From Escherichia phage YUEEL01, in sequence record NC_054935.2: DNA of 64,000 nucleotides; one strand, written 5' to 3'. The notes beneath the pieces were generated by a model. It had not been told where the DNA came from, did not search any database, and saw only the letters and a list, made by a program, of their open reading frames with translations. A program made the position numbers and the translations under genes. This document shows positions 9,907 through 20,367 of this stretch, in pieces (within the stretch, counting starts at the first letter, position 1; every line of letters begins with the position of its first letter).

Positions 9907-11088
9907 ATGTCTATTGCAGATTTAAAATCCCGTTTGATTAAAGCTTCCACTTCTAAAATGACTGCTGAACTGACTACATCTAAATTCTTTAATGAAAAGG
10001 ATGTAATTCGTACAAAAATTCCAATGCTTAATATTGCTATTTCTGGTGCGATTGATGGCGGTATGCAGTCTGGTTTAACTATTTTCGCAGGGCCTTCTAA
10101 ACACTTTAAATCAAATATGTCTTTGACTATGGTTGCAGCGTATTTGAACAAATATCCTGATGCAGTTTGTCTATTCTATGATAGCGAATTTGGTATTACT
10201 CCAGCTTATTTGCGATCCATGGGAGTTGACCCGGAACGTGTAATTCATACGCCAATTCAATCAGTTGAACAGCTGAAAATTGATATGGTGAATCAGCTTG
10301 AAGCTATTGAGCGTGGTGAAAAGGTTATAGTATTCATCGACTCAATTGGTAATATGGCTTCTAAGAAAGAAACGGAAGATGCCTTGAATGAAAAATCTGT
10401 GGCAGATATGACTCGTGCTAAATCACTGAAGTCATTATTCCGTATTGTTACTCCTTATTTTAGTATTAAAAACATTCCATGTGTTGCGGTTAACCATACA
10501 ATTGAAACAATTGAAATGTTTAGTAAAACCGTGATGACAGGTGGTACAGGCGTAATGTATTCGGCTGATACTGTATTCATTATCGGTAAGCGCCAGATTA
10601 AAGATGGTTCTGATCTTCAGGGATATCAATTTGTTCTAAATGTAGAAAAATCTCGTACCGTTAAAGAAAAAAGTAAATTCTTTATTGATGTTAAATTTGA
10701 CGGTGGTATCGATCCTTATTCTGGATTGTTAGATATGGCTCTAGAATTAGGATTTGTAGTAAAACCTAAAAATGGCTGGTATGCTCGTGAATTTCTTGAT
10801 GAAGAAACCGGCGAGATGATTCGCGAAGAAAAATCTTGGCGTGCAAAAGATACCAATTGCACTACATTCTGGGGTCCTTTATTTAAGCATCAACCATTCC
10901 GAGATGCTATTAAACGTGCTTATCAGTTAGGTGCTATTGATAGTAATGAAATTGTTGAAGCTGAAGTTGATGAATTGATTAACTCAAAGGTTGAAAAATT
11001 TAAATCTCCAGAAAGTAAAAGTAAATCAGCAGCTGATTTAGAAACTGACCTAGATCAGTTAAGTGATATGGAAGAATTTAATGAATAA
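9907..11088 (+). CDS. uvsX: UvsX recombinase (RecA/Rad51 family)
   Basis: 393 aa; near-identical to recalled T4 UvsX. Confidence 0.95.
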   Translation: MSIADLKSRLIKASTSKMTAELTTSKFFNEKDVIRTKIPMLNIAISGAIDGGMQSGLTIFAGPSKHFKSNMSLTMVAAYLNKYPDAVCLFYDSEFGITPAYLRSMGVDPERVIHTPIQSVEQLKIDMVNQLEAIERGEKVIVFIDSIGNMASKKETEDALNEKSVADMTRAKSLKSLFRIVTPYFSIKNIPCVAVNHTIETIEMFSKTVMTGGTGVMYSADTVFIIGKRQIKDGSDLQGYQFVLNVEKSRTVKEKSKFFIDVKFDGGIDPYSGLLDMALELGFVVKPKNGWYAREFLDEETGEMIREEKSWRAKDTNCTTFWGPLFKHQPFRDAIKRAYQLGAIDSNEIVEAEVDELINSKVEKFKSPESKSKSAADLETDLDQLSDMEEFNE

Positions 11089-11425
11089 AGATGATTTAGA
11101 CTTAGATCTAGAAATTATCGATGAATCCCCCTCTTCGGAGGGGGAAGAAGAAAGAAAAGAACGTCTTTTTAATGAATCTCTTAAGATAATTAAATCTGCC
11201 ATGGAAAATGTTATCCAGGAGATTGTCATTAAACTAGAAGACGGTTCTACACACATTGTGTATGTGACAAAATTAGATTGGGTTGATGGAAAAGTCGTAA
11301 TGGACTTTGCTGTTCTTGACCAAGAAAGAAAAGCTGAGTTAGCTCCTCATGTAGAAAAATGTATTACAATGCAACTACAAGATGCATTTAATAAAAGGTC
11401 AAAGAAAAAATTTAAATTCTTTTAA
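11081..11425 (+). CDS. 40: gp40 head vertex assembly chaperone
   Basis: 114 aa from ATG overlapping uvsX end; position between uvsX and 41. Confidence 0.55.
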   Translation: MNKDDLDLDLEIIDESPSSEGEEERKERLFNESLKIIKSAMENVIQEIVIKLEDGSTHIVYVTKLDWVDGKVVMDFAVLDQERKAELAPHVEKCITMQLQDAFNKRSKKKFKFF

Positions 11426-11434
11426 GGAGTAAGT

Positions 11435-12862
11435 GTGGTAGAAATTATTCTTTCCCATCTCATATTTGATCAAGCTTATTTTTCAAAAGTTTGGCCATGT
11501 ATGGATTCAGAATATTTTGAAAGTGGTCCAGCTAAAAATACATTCAAATTAATTAAATCTCATGTTAATGAGTACCATAGCGTTCCATCTATTAATGCGT
11601 TAAATGTTGCATTAGAAAATAGTTCATTTACTGAAACAGAATATTCTGGTGTAAAAACACTTATTTCGAAACTAGCCGATTCTCCAGAAGACCATAGCTG
11701 GTTAGTAAAAGAAACAGAAAAATATGTTCAGCAAAGGGCGATGTTTAATGCTACGTCTAAAATAATTGAAATTCAAACTAATGCTGAGCTTCCTCCGGAA
11801 AAACGAAATAAGAAAATGCCAGATGTAGGTGCTATTCCTGACATCATGCGCCAAGCATTATCAATTTCATTTGATAGTTACGTTGGTCATGATTGGATGG
11901 ATGACTACGAAGCACGTTGGCTATCTTATATGAATAAAGCTCGTAAGGTTCCATTTAGACTCAAAATTCTAAATAAAATTACTAAAGGTGGAGCTGAAAC
12001 TGGAACACTGAACGTTTTAATGGCTGGTGTTAACGTCGGTAAGTCATTAGGTCTGTGTTCATTGGCAGCAGATTATTTGCAGCTCGGACATAATGTTCTT
12101 TACATTTCCATGGAAATGGCAGAAGAAGTCTGTGCTAAGCGTATTGATGCTAATATGCTTGATGTTTCTCTTGATGACATTGATGACGGGCATATTTCTT
12201 ACGCTGAGTATAAAGGAAAAATGGAAAAATGGCGCGAGAAATCTACTCTCGGTCGTTTAATAGTTAAACAGTATCCTACTGGTGGAGCAGATGCTAATAC
12301 ATTTCGATCGCTTTTAAACGAATTAAAGCTCAAGAAGAATTTTGTTCCAACAATCATTATTGTCGACTATCTGGGTATTTGTAAATCTTGCCGCATTAGA
12401 GTTTACTCAGAAAATAGTTACACAACTGTTAAAGCCATTGCAGAGGAATTACGTGCTCTTGCTGTTGAAACCGAAACTGTTCTTTGGACTGCAGCACAGG
12501 TTGGTAAACAAGCTTGGGATTCTTCTGATGTTAACATGAGCGATATTGCAGAATCTGCCGGTCTTCCAGCAACAGCTGATTTTATGCTTGCGGTCATTGA
12601 AACCGAGGAGCTAGCAGCTGCTGAACAACAACTCATTAAGCAAATCAAATCACGATACGGTGATAAGAATAAATGGAATAAGTTTTTGATGGGTGTTCAA
12701 AAAGGAAATCAGAAATGGGTAGAAATTGAACAAGATTCTACTCCAACTGAAGTGAACGAAGTAGCAGGTTCACAGCAAATTCAGGCTGAACAGAATCGCT
12801 ATCAAAGAAACGAATCCGCTCGAGCTCAGTTAGATGCTTTGGCAAATGAATTAAAATTTTAG
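11435..12862 (+). CDS. 41: gp41 replicative DNA helicase (DnaB-like)
   Basis: 475 aa, GTG start after GGAG; Walker A GVNVGKS. Confidence 0.95.
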   Translation: MVEIILSHLIFDQAYFSKVWPCMDSEYFESGPAKNTFKLIKSHVNEYHSVPSINALNVALENSSFTETEYSGVKTLISKLADSPEDHSWLVKETEKYVQQRAMFNATSKIIEIQTNAELPPEKRNKKMPDVGAIPDIMRQALSISFDSYVGHDWMDDYEARWLSYMNKARKVPFRLKILNKITKGGAETGTLNVLMAGVNVGKSLGLCSLAADYLQLGHNVLYISMEMAEEVCAKRIDANMLDVSLDDIDDGHISYAEYKGKMEKWREKSTLGRLIVKQYPTGGADANTFRSLLNELKLKKNFVPTIIIVDYLGICKSCRIRVYSENSYTTVKAIAEELRALAVETETVLWTAAQVGKQAWDSSDVNMSDIAESAGLPATADFMLAVIETEELAAAEQQLIKQIKSRYGDKNKWNKFLMGVQKGNQKWVEIEQDSTPTEVNEVAGSQQIQAEQNRYQRNESARAQLDALANELKF

Positions 12863-12891
12863 TTTACAAGCTGACAAGACTATGGTATAGT
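12862..12891 (+). promoter_or_regulatory. T4-type early promoter upstream of dmd
   Basis: GTTTAC, 18 bp, TATAGT; -10 flanked by 8-bp inverted repeat CAAGACTA/TAGTCTTG. Confidence 0.6.
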
Positions 12892-12920
12892 AGTCTTGTT
12901 GGTTAAATGAGGAGATTGTT

Positions 12921-13103
12921 ATGGAATTGGTAAAGGTAGTTTTTATGGGGTGGTTTAAGAACGAAAGCATGTTTACTAAAGAGATCACAATGATGAAAGA
13001 TGACGTTCAATGGGCTACTACTCAATATGCTGAAGTTAATAAAGCACTAGTTAAAGCTTTCATTGATGACAAGAAGGTATGTGAAGTGGATTGCCGAGGA
13101 TAA
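12921..13103 (+). CDS. dmd: Dmd, inhibitor of RnlA/LsoA toxins
   Basis: 60 aa; matches recalled T4 Dmd. Confidence 0.85.
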   Translation: MELVKVVFMGWFKNESMFTKEITMMKDDVQWATTQYAEVNKALVKAFIDDKKVCEVDCRG

Positions 13104-13104
13104 T

Positions 13105-13362
13105 ATGCATATCGTTTTATTTAAACCTACTCCGTATAATGTCAGGAAAAATACTCAATTCAAAGCACTTATTGCAGATACGTGGGAATTAGTATTAGAT
13201 ATTCCGGCAGAAGAAAGCCCTCCATTTGGTCGAGTGGAATTTATTAAGTTTGCTGTGCGCCCTACAAAGCGACAGATTCGTCAATGCAAAAGATACTTTC
13301 GTAAAATCGCCAAGTTAGAGAAACAGTTTGTAACATGTGATTATGCAGAAGTTTTAAAATAA
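13105..13362 (+). CDS. 61.4-like small protein (position of T4 TifA-like antitoxin-type gene)
   Basis: 85-aa ORF from ATG after GAGGA, adjacent to dmd. Confidence 0.45.
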   Translation: MHIVLFKPTPYNVRKNTQFKALIADTWELVLDIPAEESPPFGRVEFIKFAVRPTKRQIRQCKRYFRKIAKLEKQFVTCDYAEVLK

Positions 13363-13364
13363 CT

Positions 13365-13394
13365 GTTTACTTTTATTGGAAATTGAGATACTAT
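13365..13394 (+). promoter_or_regulatory. T4-type early promoter upstream of sp
   Basis: GTTTAC, 18 bp, TACTAT. Confidence 0.55.
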
Positions 13395-13422
13395 ATAAAC
13401 ATAAACTACTGAGGAGATTATC

Positions 13423-13716
13423 ATGAAAAAATTTATCTTTGCTGCAATTTTTGCTTTATCTTCTTGCGCTGCTCAGCCTGCTATGGCGGGTTATGACAAA
13501 GATTTGTGCGAATGGTCTATGACTGCAGATCAGACTGAAGTTGAAATTCAAATTGAAGCGGATATTATGAATATCGTTGAACGTGATCGTCCTGAAATGA
13601 AAGCTGAAGTGCAAAAACAACTTAAATCTGGTGGTGTAATGCAGTATAATTATGTTCTGTATTGCGATAAAAACTTTAATAATAAAAATATCATCGCTGA
13701 AGTGGTAGGTGAGTAA
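13423..13716 (+). CDS. sp: Spackle periplasmic protein (lysis inhibition / superinfection exclusion)
   Basis: 97 aa with signal peptide; position. Confidence 0.75.
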   Translation: MKKFIFAAIFALSSCAAQPAMAGYDKDLCEWSMTADQTEVEIQIEADIMNIVERDRPEMKAEVQKQLKSGGVMQYNYVLYCDKNFNNKNIIAEVVGE

Positions 13717-13728
13717 TTAGAGGTTAGT

Positions 13729-14085
13729 ATGTATAGTTCTGAATTTTCATATTTAAAAATGGAAAAAATTTCATACGATTTTATAGATGAAAAGGTTTAT
13801 TACAGTTTCCATGAACCACGTTTTAATAGTGAGGTTGGGTTTATTGTAGTAAAAGACAATTTTATTTTAAAAATATATTCAGCATTAAAGGATTTTCATT
13901 ACGAAAATATTAACCTAAAATTTAATAAAGAAAACGTTCGTAATTGTGCAGTAACAATTACAGGAAATAAAGGCACATGTGTTATGCTATCTGATGAAAT
14001 TAATGATTTGCTAAATGATGCCGAAAAGGTTGCTATTCCATCTATTGATGACCAAATTTTTAATGCTTTTATGAATAGAGGTTAA
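13729..14085 (+). CDS. hypothetical protein (61.2-like)
   Basis: 118-aa ORF. Confidence 0.45.
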   Translation: MYSSEFSYLKMEKISYDFIDEKVYYSFHEPRFNSEVGFIVVKDNFILKIYSALKDFHYENINLKFNKENVRNCAVTITGNKGTCVMLSDEINDLLNDAEKVAIPSIDDQIFNAFMNRG

Positions 14086-14086
14086 T

Positions 14087-14251
14087 ATGAAAACATATAA
14101 AGAATTTATTAAAGAAGATATGGTTGCTGGAGATTCAGGTGGTAATCCTGAAAATATCTCTACTGGAACAACATCAGGTGCTGTAGTAAATAAAGGTCCT
14201 GAACAGATTCCTAAAAAGAAAAAAGAGGAATCTAAAGAAAAAGAAGAGTAA
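14087..14251 (+). CDS. small Lys/Glu-rich protein (61.1-like)
   Basis: 54-aa ORF immediately upstream of primase. Confidence 0.4.
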   Translation: MKTYKEFIKEDMVAGDSGGNPENISTGTTSGAVVNKGPEQIPKKKKEESKEKEE

Positions 14252-14254
14252 AGA

Positions 14255-15283
14255 ATGTCATCAATAGCTTGGATTGATAATGAGTTTGCATATCGTGCAT
14301 TAGCTCATTTACCTAAATTCACACAAGTAAATAATAGTTCAACTTTTAAATTACGGTTTAGATGCCCAGTTTGTGGAGATTCAAAAACCGACCAAAATAA
14401 AGCGCGTGGATGGTATTATGGTGATAATAATGAAGGAAATATTCATTGTTATAACTGTAACTATCATGCGCCAATCGGAATATATTTAAAGGAGTTTGAA
14501 CCTGATTTATATCGTGAGTATATCTTTGAAATAAGAAAAGAAAAAGGTAAAAGTCGTCCAGTAGAAAAACCTAAAGAACTTCCTAAACATCCTGAGAAGA
14601 AAATAATTAAATCTCTTCCGTCATGTGTTAGATTAGATAAACTGGCGGAAGACCATCCAATTATAAAATATGTAAAAGCTCGTTGTATTCCAAAGGATAA
14701 ATGGAAATATCTTTGGTTTACAACCGAATGGCCTAAATTAGTTAATAGTATAGCTCCAGGAACATATAAAAAGGAAACACCTGAGCCTCGTCTTGTTATT
14801 CCAATTTATAATGCTAACGGAAAAGCTGAGTCTTTTCAAGGACGTGCATTAAAGAAAGATGCTCCTCAAAAATATATCACCATCAAAGCTTATCCTGAGG
14901 CAACAAAAATATATGGAGTCGAACGAGTTAAAGATGGTGATGTATATGTTCTAGAAGGACCTATAGATTCACTTTTTATTGAAAATGGTATAGCTATTAC
15001 GGGTGGTCAATTAGACCTAGAAGTTGTTCCATTTAAAGATAGACGAGTGTGGGTTTTAGATAATGAACCTCGTCACCCTGACACTATCAAGCGAATGACT
15101 AAATTAGTTGATGCAGGAGAAAGGGTTATGTTTTGGGATAAATCTCCCTGGAAATCAAAAGATGTTAATGATATGATTAGAAAGGAAGGTGCAACCCCTG
15201 AACAAATTATGGAATATATGAAAAATAATATTGCCCAGGGGTTAATGGCTAAAATGCGGTTATCTAAATATGCCAAGATTTAA
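14255..15283 (+). CDS. 61: gp61 DNA primase
   Basis: 342 aa; zinc ribbon CPVCGDS...CYNC and TOPRIM-like core. Confidence 0.9.
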   Translation: MSSIAWIDNEFAYRALAHLPKFTQVNNSSTFKLRFRCPVCGDSKTDQNKARGWYYGDNNEGNIHCYNCNYHAPIGIYLKEFEPDLYREYIFEIRKEKGKSRPVEKPKELPKHPEKKIIKSLPSCVRLDKLAEDHPIIKYVKARCIPKDKWKYLWFTTEWPKLVNSIAPGTYKKETPEPRLVIPIYNANGKAESFQGRALKKDAPQKYITIKAYPEATKIYGVERVKDGDVYVLEGPIDSLFIENGIAITGGQLDLEVVPFKDRRVWVLDNEPRHPDTIKRMTKLVDAGERVMFWDKSPWKSKDVNDMIRKEGATPEQIMEYMKNNIAQGLMAKMRLSKYAKI

Positions 15284-15480
15284 ATTAACCCAACTAAAGC
15301 AAATGCTAGATCTACGAATGTATCAAGAGTAACTACTGGAATATTAACACCATGCGCAATTGCAATTGGTGATAAAATAAAGTTCCAGAGTAAAATTCCT
15401 ACCATAGCAGAAATAGTAAAAGCTATACGTTTTTTATTACCTTTTATGGCATTAACAAGTGCCATTAATTTTTGTGCCAT
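15280..15480 (-). CDS. small hydrophobic membrane protein
   Basis: 66-aa ORF with strong SD (GGAGG, 4-nt spacing); two hydrophobic segments. Confidence 0.4.
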   Translation of the reverse strand: MAQKLMALVNAIKGNKKRIAFTISAMVGILLWNFILSPIAIAHGVNIPVVTLDTFVDLAFALVGLI

Positions 15481-15524
15481 ATGTCCTCCTTTAAATTAAT
15501 ATTTATCACAAATTTCATAAATTT

Positions 15525-15554
15525 GTTTACTTTCTCAGCTTGTTATGGTATTAT
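15525..15554 (+). promoter_or_regulatory. T4-type early promoter
   Basis: GTTTAC, 18 bp, TATTAT. Confidence 0.6.
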
Positions 15555-15579
15555 AAAATAAATTGCTGAGGATGATATA

Positions 15580-16917
<1,338 letters not shown>

Positions 16918-16919
<2 letters not shown>

Positions 16920-16945
16920 TTGCTTACATACTCAAATGATATAAT
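16918..16945 (+). promoter_or_regulatory. candidate middle promoter upstream of gene 56
   Basis: aatTGCTTac about 12 bp upstream of TATAAT. Confidence 0.35.
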
Positions 16946-16979
16946 TATTTAACTTATTAATGAATTGAAAGGAAAAATA

Positions 16980-17498
16980 ATGGCTTACTTTAACGAATGT
17001 AGTCAACTGATCGAAGGCGCTGATAAAGCTCAAAATGAATATTGGGATATTCTCGGTGATGAAAAAGACCCGCTGCAGGTTATGCTTGATATGCAGAAAT
17101 CTCTACAGGTTCGTTTAGCTAAAGATAAACCTGAATATAACCGTCATCCTGATGATTTGGCTACTGCGGGTGAAGTTGTTGATTGGCTGCGTAATCAGAA
17201 AGATTATATTGATGATGAATTCCGCGAACTATTGACTTCTCTTGGTGGTATGAGCAATGGTGAAAAAGATGCATCTGCTGTATGGAAGCCTTGGAAAGCT
17301 CAACATGGTGAACGACGTGAAACTCTGATTACTGATTTGTCTCCACAAGACCAGTTGGAAATTAAATTCGAAATGATTGATATTCTTCATTTCGTTCTGA
17401 ACATGTTCCAAGGTCTCGGTCTTACGGCTGAAGAAATCTTTAAACTTTATTATCTGAAAAATGCTGAAAATTTCGCTCGTCAAGACCGAGGTTATTAA
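16980..17498 (+). CDS. 56: gp56 dCTPase/dUTPase (MazG-like)
   Basis: 172 aa from ATG after AAGGAAA; matches recalled gp56. Confidence 0.85.
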   Translation: MAYFNECSQLIEGADKAQNEYWDILGDEKDPLQVMLDMQKSLQVRLAKDKPEYNRHPDDLATAGEVVDWLRNQKDYIDDEFRELLTSLGGMSNGEKDASAVWKPWKAQHGERRETLITDLSPQDQLEIKFEMIDILHFVLNMFQGLGLTAEEIFKLYYLKNAENFARQDRGY

Positions 17499-17698
17499 TG
17501 GCTCGTTTAAATAAACGTCAACTTAAGAAAGCCCACAAGAAACGTATTGACCAGCTATTTAAAAATTATGACAAGGAGCTCACATACGAGCTCCTATCTA
17601 ATCAGCTCCACAAAGCTTACACAATTAAAACTGGACATATACAATTAGGTAAGGTGCATGAAGAAGCCTTAAAATTAATTATAGAGCATTCAAAATGA
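17498..17698 (+). CDS. small basic hypothetical protein
   Basis: 66-aa ORF, ATGA overlap with gene 56. Confidence 0.35.
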   Translation: MARLNKRQLKKAHKKRIDQLFKNYDKELTYELLSNQLHKAYTIKTGHIQLGKVHEEALKLIIEHSK

Positions 17699-17882
17699 AA
17701 TTTGATTTTTATGCATGGCAAAAAGCCGGGAGACCGGCTAGTTGAGCATTTGGTTCTGATGGATATAATATTAGAGCTCATTGGAAGTTTAATGCTCCAG
17801 ACGATTATTCTCCGGTAGTTATTAACGGTGATGTTGTTATATTAACTAAAATTGGGTATTTTAACGTTCCGCAAGAATTTAT

Positions 17883-17890
17883 TATAAATA
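17883..17890 (+). promoter_or_regulatory. late promoter for soc
   Basis: Exact TATAAATA about 30 bp upstream of soc ATG. Confidence 0.6.
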
Positions 17891-17920
17891 ATCATGTAAT
17901 TTAAATAAAAGGAGAATTAC

Positions 17921-18166
17921 ATGGCTAGTACTCGCGGTTATGTTAATATCAAAACGTTTGAGCAGAAATTAGATGGAAATAAGAAAATTGAAGGAAAGGA
18001 AATTTCTGTAGCTTTCCCTCTTTATTCTGACGTTCACAAAATTTCTGGCGCTCATTACCAGACATTCCCTTCAGAAAAAGCAGCATATTCTACAGTATAT
18101 GAAGAAAATCAACGTACTGAATGGATTACTGCAAACGAAGATTTGTGGAAAGTAACTGGTGAATAA
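17921..18166 (+). CDS. soc: Soc small outer capsid protein
   Basis: 81 codons; near-identical to recalled T4 Soc. Confidence 0.9.
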   Translation: MASTRGYVNIKTFEQKLDGNKKIEGKEISVAFPLYSDVHKISGAHYQTFPSEKAAYSTVYEENQRTEWITANEDLWKVTGE

Positions 18167-18172
18167 ATTCAA

Positions 18173-18196
18173 GGACTCCTTCGGGAGTCCTTTTTT
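18173..18196 (+). terminator. intrinsic terminator after soc
   Basis: GGACTCC-TTCG-GGAGTCC then TTTTTT. Confidence 0.75.
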
Positions 18197-18206
18197 CGTT
18201 TAAACA

Positions 18207-18236
18207 GTTTACTTTCCAAAATGAGTATGGTATAAT
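18207..18236 (+). promoter_or_regulatory. T4-type early promoter
   Basis: GTTTAC, 18 bp, TATAAT. Confidence 0.65.
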
Positions 18237-18262
18237 AGAATTATCTTATAGAGGAGAGCACT

Positions 18263-18475
18263 ATGTTAAATCGTTGGATTAAACCAAATGAAGACCTCCA
18301 GAAGGTTCTTGATAAAGCTATCTCTGATAAATGGGGTATGAAAAGCTGGGATTGTGATATCGTCACGCATTCATTCATGATGCATGCAGATGGTTCAGTC
18401 GAGTTCAATGCTGAAATGCGATACACTGATTGGGGTGGATTTCAAAGAGTCGAATTTCAAAGAGGCTTTTTGTAA
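18263..18475 (+). CDS. hypothetical protein
   Basis: 70-aa ORF with SD. Confidence 0.4.
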   Translation: MLNRWIKPNEDLQKVLDKAISDKWGMKSWDCDIVTHSFMMHADGSVEFNAEMRYTDWGGFQRVEFQRGFL

Positions 18476-18813
18476 TGTTTATCTTTAATTGGTTTAAAAG
18501 TTTCTTTACGGATTTTTTCTCTACAACTCCCGGAGAAGGTGTAGTTCCTATTTCAAATGACTACCTTCCTTTAACTGTAGTTGAATATGTTTATATGGGA
18601 GATGGAACAGTAGAAGCAGTTACTATGACTTATGAAGAAGCCCAGGAATATTATAAAAATCCTTGGCGTTGGTCAACACCTACATCATCTAATACGCAGA
18701 ATACACAGTCTAGTTCTGATTCATATGATACTAATGTTCCTGTTCATGTGTGGACGGGCGATTCATGTGGAAGTTCTTGTGATTCTAGTTGTTCATCTAC
18801 ATCTTGTGATTGA
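18475..18813 (+). CDS. hypothetical protein with Ser/Cys-rich C-terminal tail
   Basis: 112-aa ORF (TAATG overlap); C-terminus [15 protein letters not shown]. Confidence 0.4.
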   Translation: MFIFNWFKSFFTDFFSTTPGEGVVPISNDYLPLTVVEYVYMGDGTVEAVTMTYEEAQEYYKNPWRWSTPTSSNTQNTQSSSDSYDTNVPVHVWTGDSCGSSCDSSCSSTSCD

Positions 18814-19307
18814 GGAAAATTATGGAAGCGATTTTGTTTGAAATGTATATTAGCAGTAATAGTTTGTCATTTGCTAAAGATGTTCCAATTACTGTAGCAG
18901 TAATGATTGATAAGGGTTATTGTGACCCAATGTATCTCGTAGAAAATTTCGTTTCAATGCCAGTTCCAGAAGATGCTGAAATAAAACTTAAAAAGATTGG
19001 TATTATTGAAACTGTACCAAATATTCCGTTTAGAGCAATTGAAGCATTTACTAAATCCGAATACATTAATGTTAGCGCAGAACAATATAATGATAAACCT
19101 TTATCTTTCTATTCGTATGATTCATTATATAGTTGGAAAATAGATAAAGGAAACAAATTTATAATTGCGGGTGAAGATGCGTTATCATACTTTATTTCTT
19201 CTGTATGGAATAGTTTACATCCAAATTTGCTCAAAATTCATGAATTTGATGATGCTCCTACTGTTGTTTTAGGTAAAACAAATGAAAGCTCTGAAGAAGA
19301 TGCTTGA
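18810..19307 (+). CDS. hypothetical protein
   Basis: 165-aa ORF with SD GAGGAAAA. Confidence 0.4.
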   Translation: MRKIMEAILFEMYISSNSLSFAKDVPITVAVMIDKGYCDPMYLVENFVSMPVPEDAEIKLKKIGIIETVPNIPFRAIEAFTKSEYINVSAEQYNDKPLSFYSYDSLYSWKIDKGNKFIIAGEDALSYFISSVWNSLHPNLLKIHEFDDAPTVVLGKTNESSEEDA

Positions 19308-19485
19308 ATGGTTCAATAGACCAAACTCGATGTATATTGATGATGGTTGGGTTGAACAAGCAAATAAAGAAATGCAGAACGAATCAGAAGAATGGATGAA
19401 ATCAATGATTAGTGCTGAGAAAGAAAAGAAATTAGAACGCTCAGCGCTTAAATTGATGAGAGATATCTATGGGGATAAATCATGA
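19282..19485 (+). CDS. hypothetical protein
   Basis: 67-aa ORF. Confidence 0.3.
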   Translation: MKALKKMLEWFNRPNSMYIDDGWVEQANKEMQNESEEWMKSMISAEKEKKLERSALKLMRDIYGDKS

Positions 19486-19646
19486 ACAGAGATATGACGC
19501 TAGAAGAGGCCAAGGCTAAAGCAAATGAAGCACTGGATTTGCTTCTTAAAATTGGCAGTAAAATGATGGAAGAAAATGAGAAATATATCCAGGAAAACAA
19601 AATTCCTGACGGCCCATTAGTAGGCAAAAGGAAATCACATGATTGA
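19482..19646 (+). CDS. small hypothetical protein
   Basis: 54-aa ORF, ATGA overlaps at both ends. Confidence 0.3.
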   Translation: MNRDMTLEEAKAKANEALDLLLKIGSKMMEENEKYIQENKIPDGPLVGKRKSHD

Positions 19647-20109
19647 AGTAGCAAAACATTATTCAATAGAATTTATGTCTAAAGAAGGTAAATCAGTAAA
19701 TGCACTTGATAAAAAATGCTCATTAATTATTCCTTTAGCAGAAAATCCGGATCTTTTAATTAAAGATATAAAAGAAAGAAAATATCCAGAAAATGTTATT
19801 CTAATTATAAAGCATACTGAAGATATTTTACAGAATACTGATTCACCGTTTTCTTCTTCTGAAGCTTTAACTATTAAAGGCTATAAAAGAGCTCATGAAT
19901 ATGGTCTTTTTGCCCTGTTTGAAGACGATAAAGTTAAATTAGCGAGTCAACCTTCTAAAAGTAAAACATTCATTATTGAAGATATTAAAGATATAAATGC
20001 ATTTGTTAAGATGGTCTGGGCTCATTTTGATGTTGGACTACGCTGGAGAATATCTGAAGAAGAAAGAAAGATTATTGAAGCTAATCGTTATTTTGGTTTT
20101 TATCGCTAG
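19639..20109 (+). CDS. hypothetical protein
   Basis: 156-aa ORF. Confidence 0.4.
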   Translation: MIEVAKHYSIEFMSKEGKSVNALDKKCSLIIPLAENPDLLIKDIKERKYPENVILIIKHTEDILQNTDSPFSSSEALTIKGYKRAHEYGLFALFEDDKVKLASQPSKSKTFIIEDIKDINAFVKMVWAHFDVGLRWRISEEERKIIEANRYFGFYR

Positions 20110-20117
20110 GAATTAAT

Positions 20118-20300
20118 ATGGATTTATTTGAGATGTTAGAAGATAATCATTCTACGAATATCCAGAATGATTCTAGTGATTATAAGAAAGAGTACCGTAT
20201 AGTATTACAGAATTATGGAATTGAAGCCCCAGATGCTCTTCTAGAAGAACTAGCTTCATACCATCTTGACCCTCCGCCTTGGGCTCCCTGGGCAAAATAA
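20118..20300 (+). CDS. small acidic hypothetical protein
   Basis: 60-aa ORF. Confidence 0.35.
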   Translation: MDLFEMLEDNHSTNIQNDSSDYKKEYRIVLQNYGIEAPDALLEELASYHLDPPPWAPWAK

Positions 20301-20311
20301 TTCAAAAAGTT

Positions 20312-20341
20312 GTTTACTTTCCTTCCTAACAATGATATGAT
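20312..20341 (+). promoter_or_regulatory. T4-type early promoter upstream of mod genes
   Basis: GTTTAC, 18 bp, TATGAT. Confidence 0.55.
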
Positions 20342-20367
20342 AGCTTCTGAAGTATATGGAGGCTATC

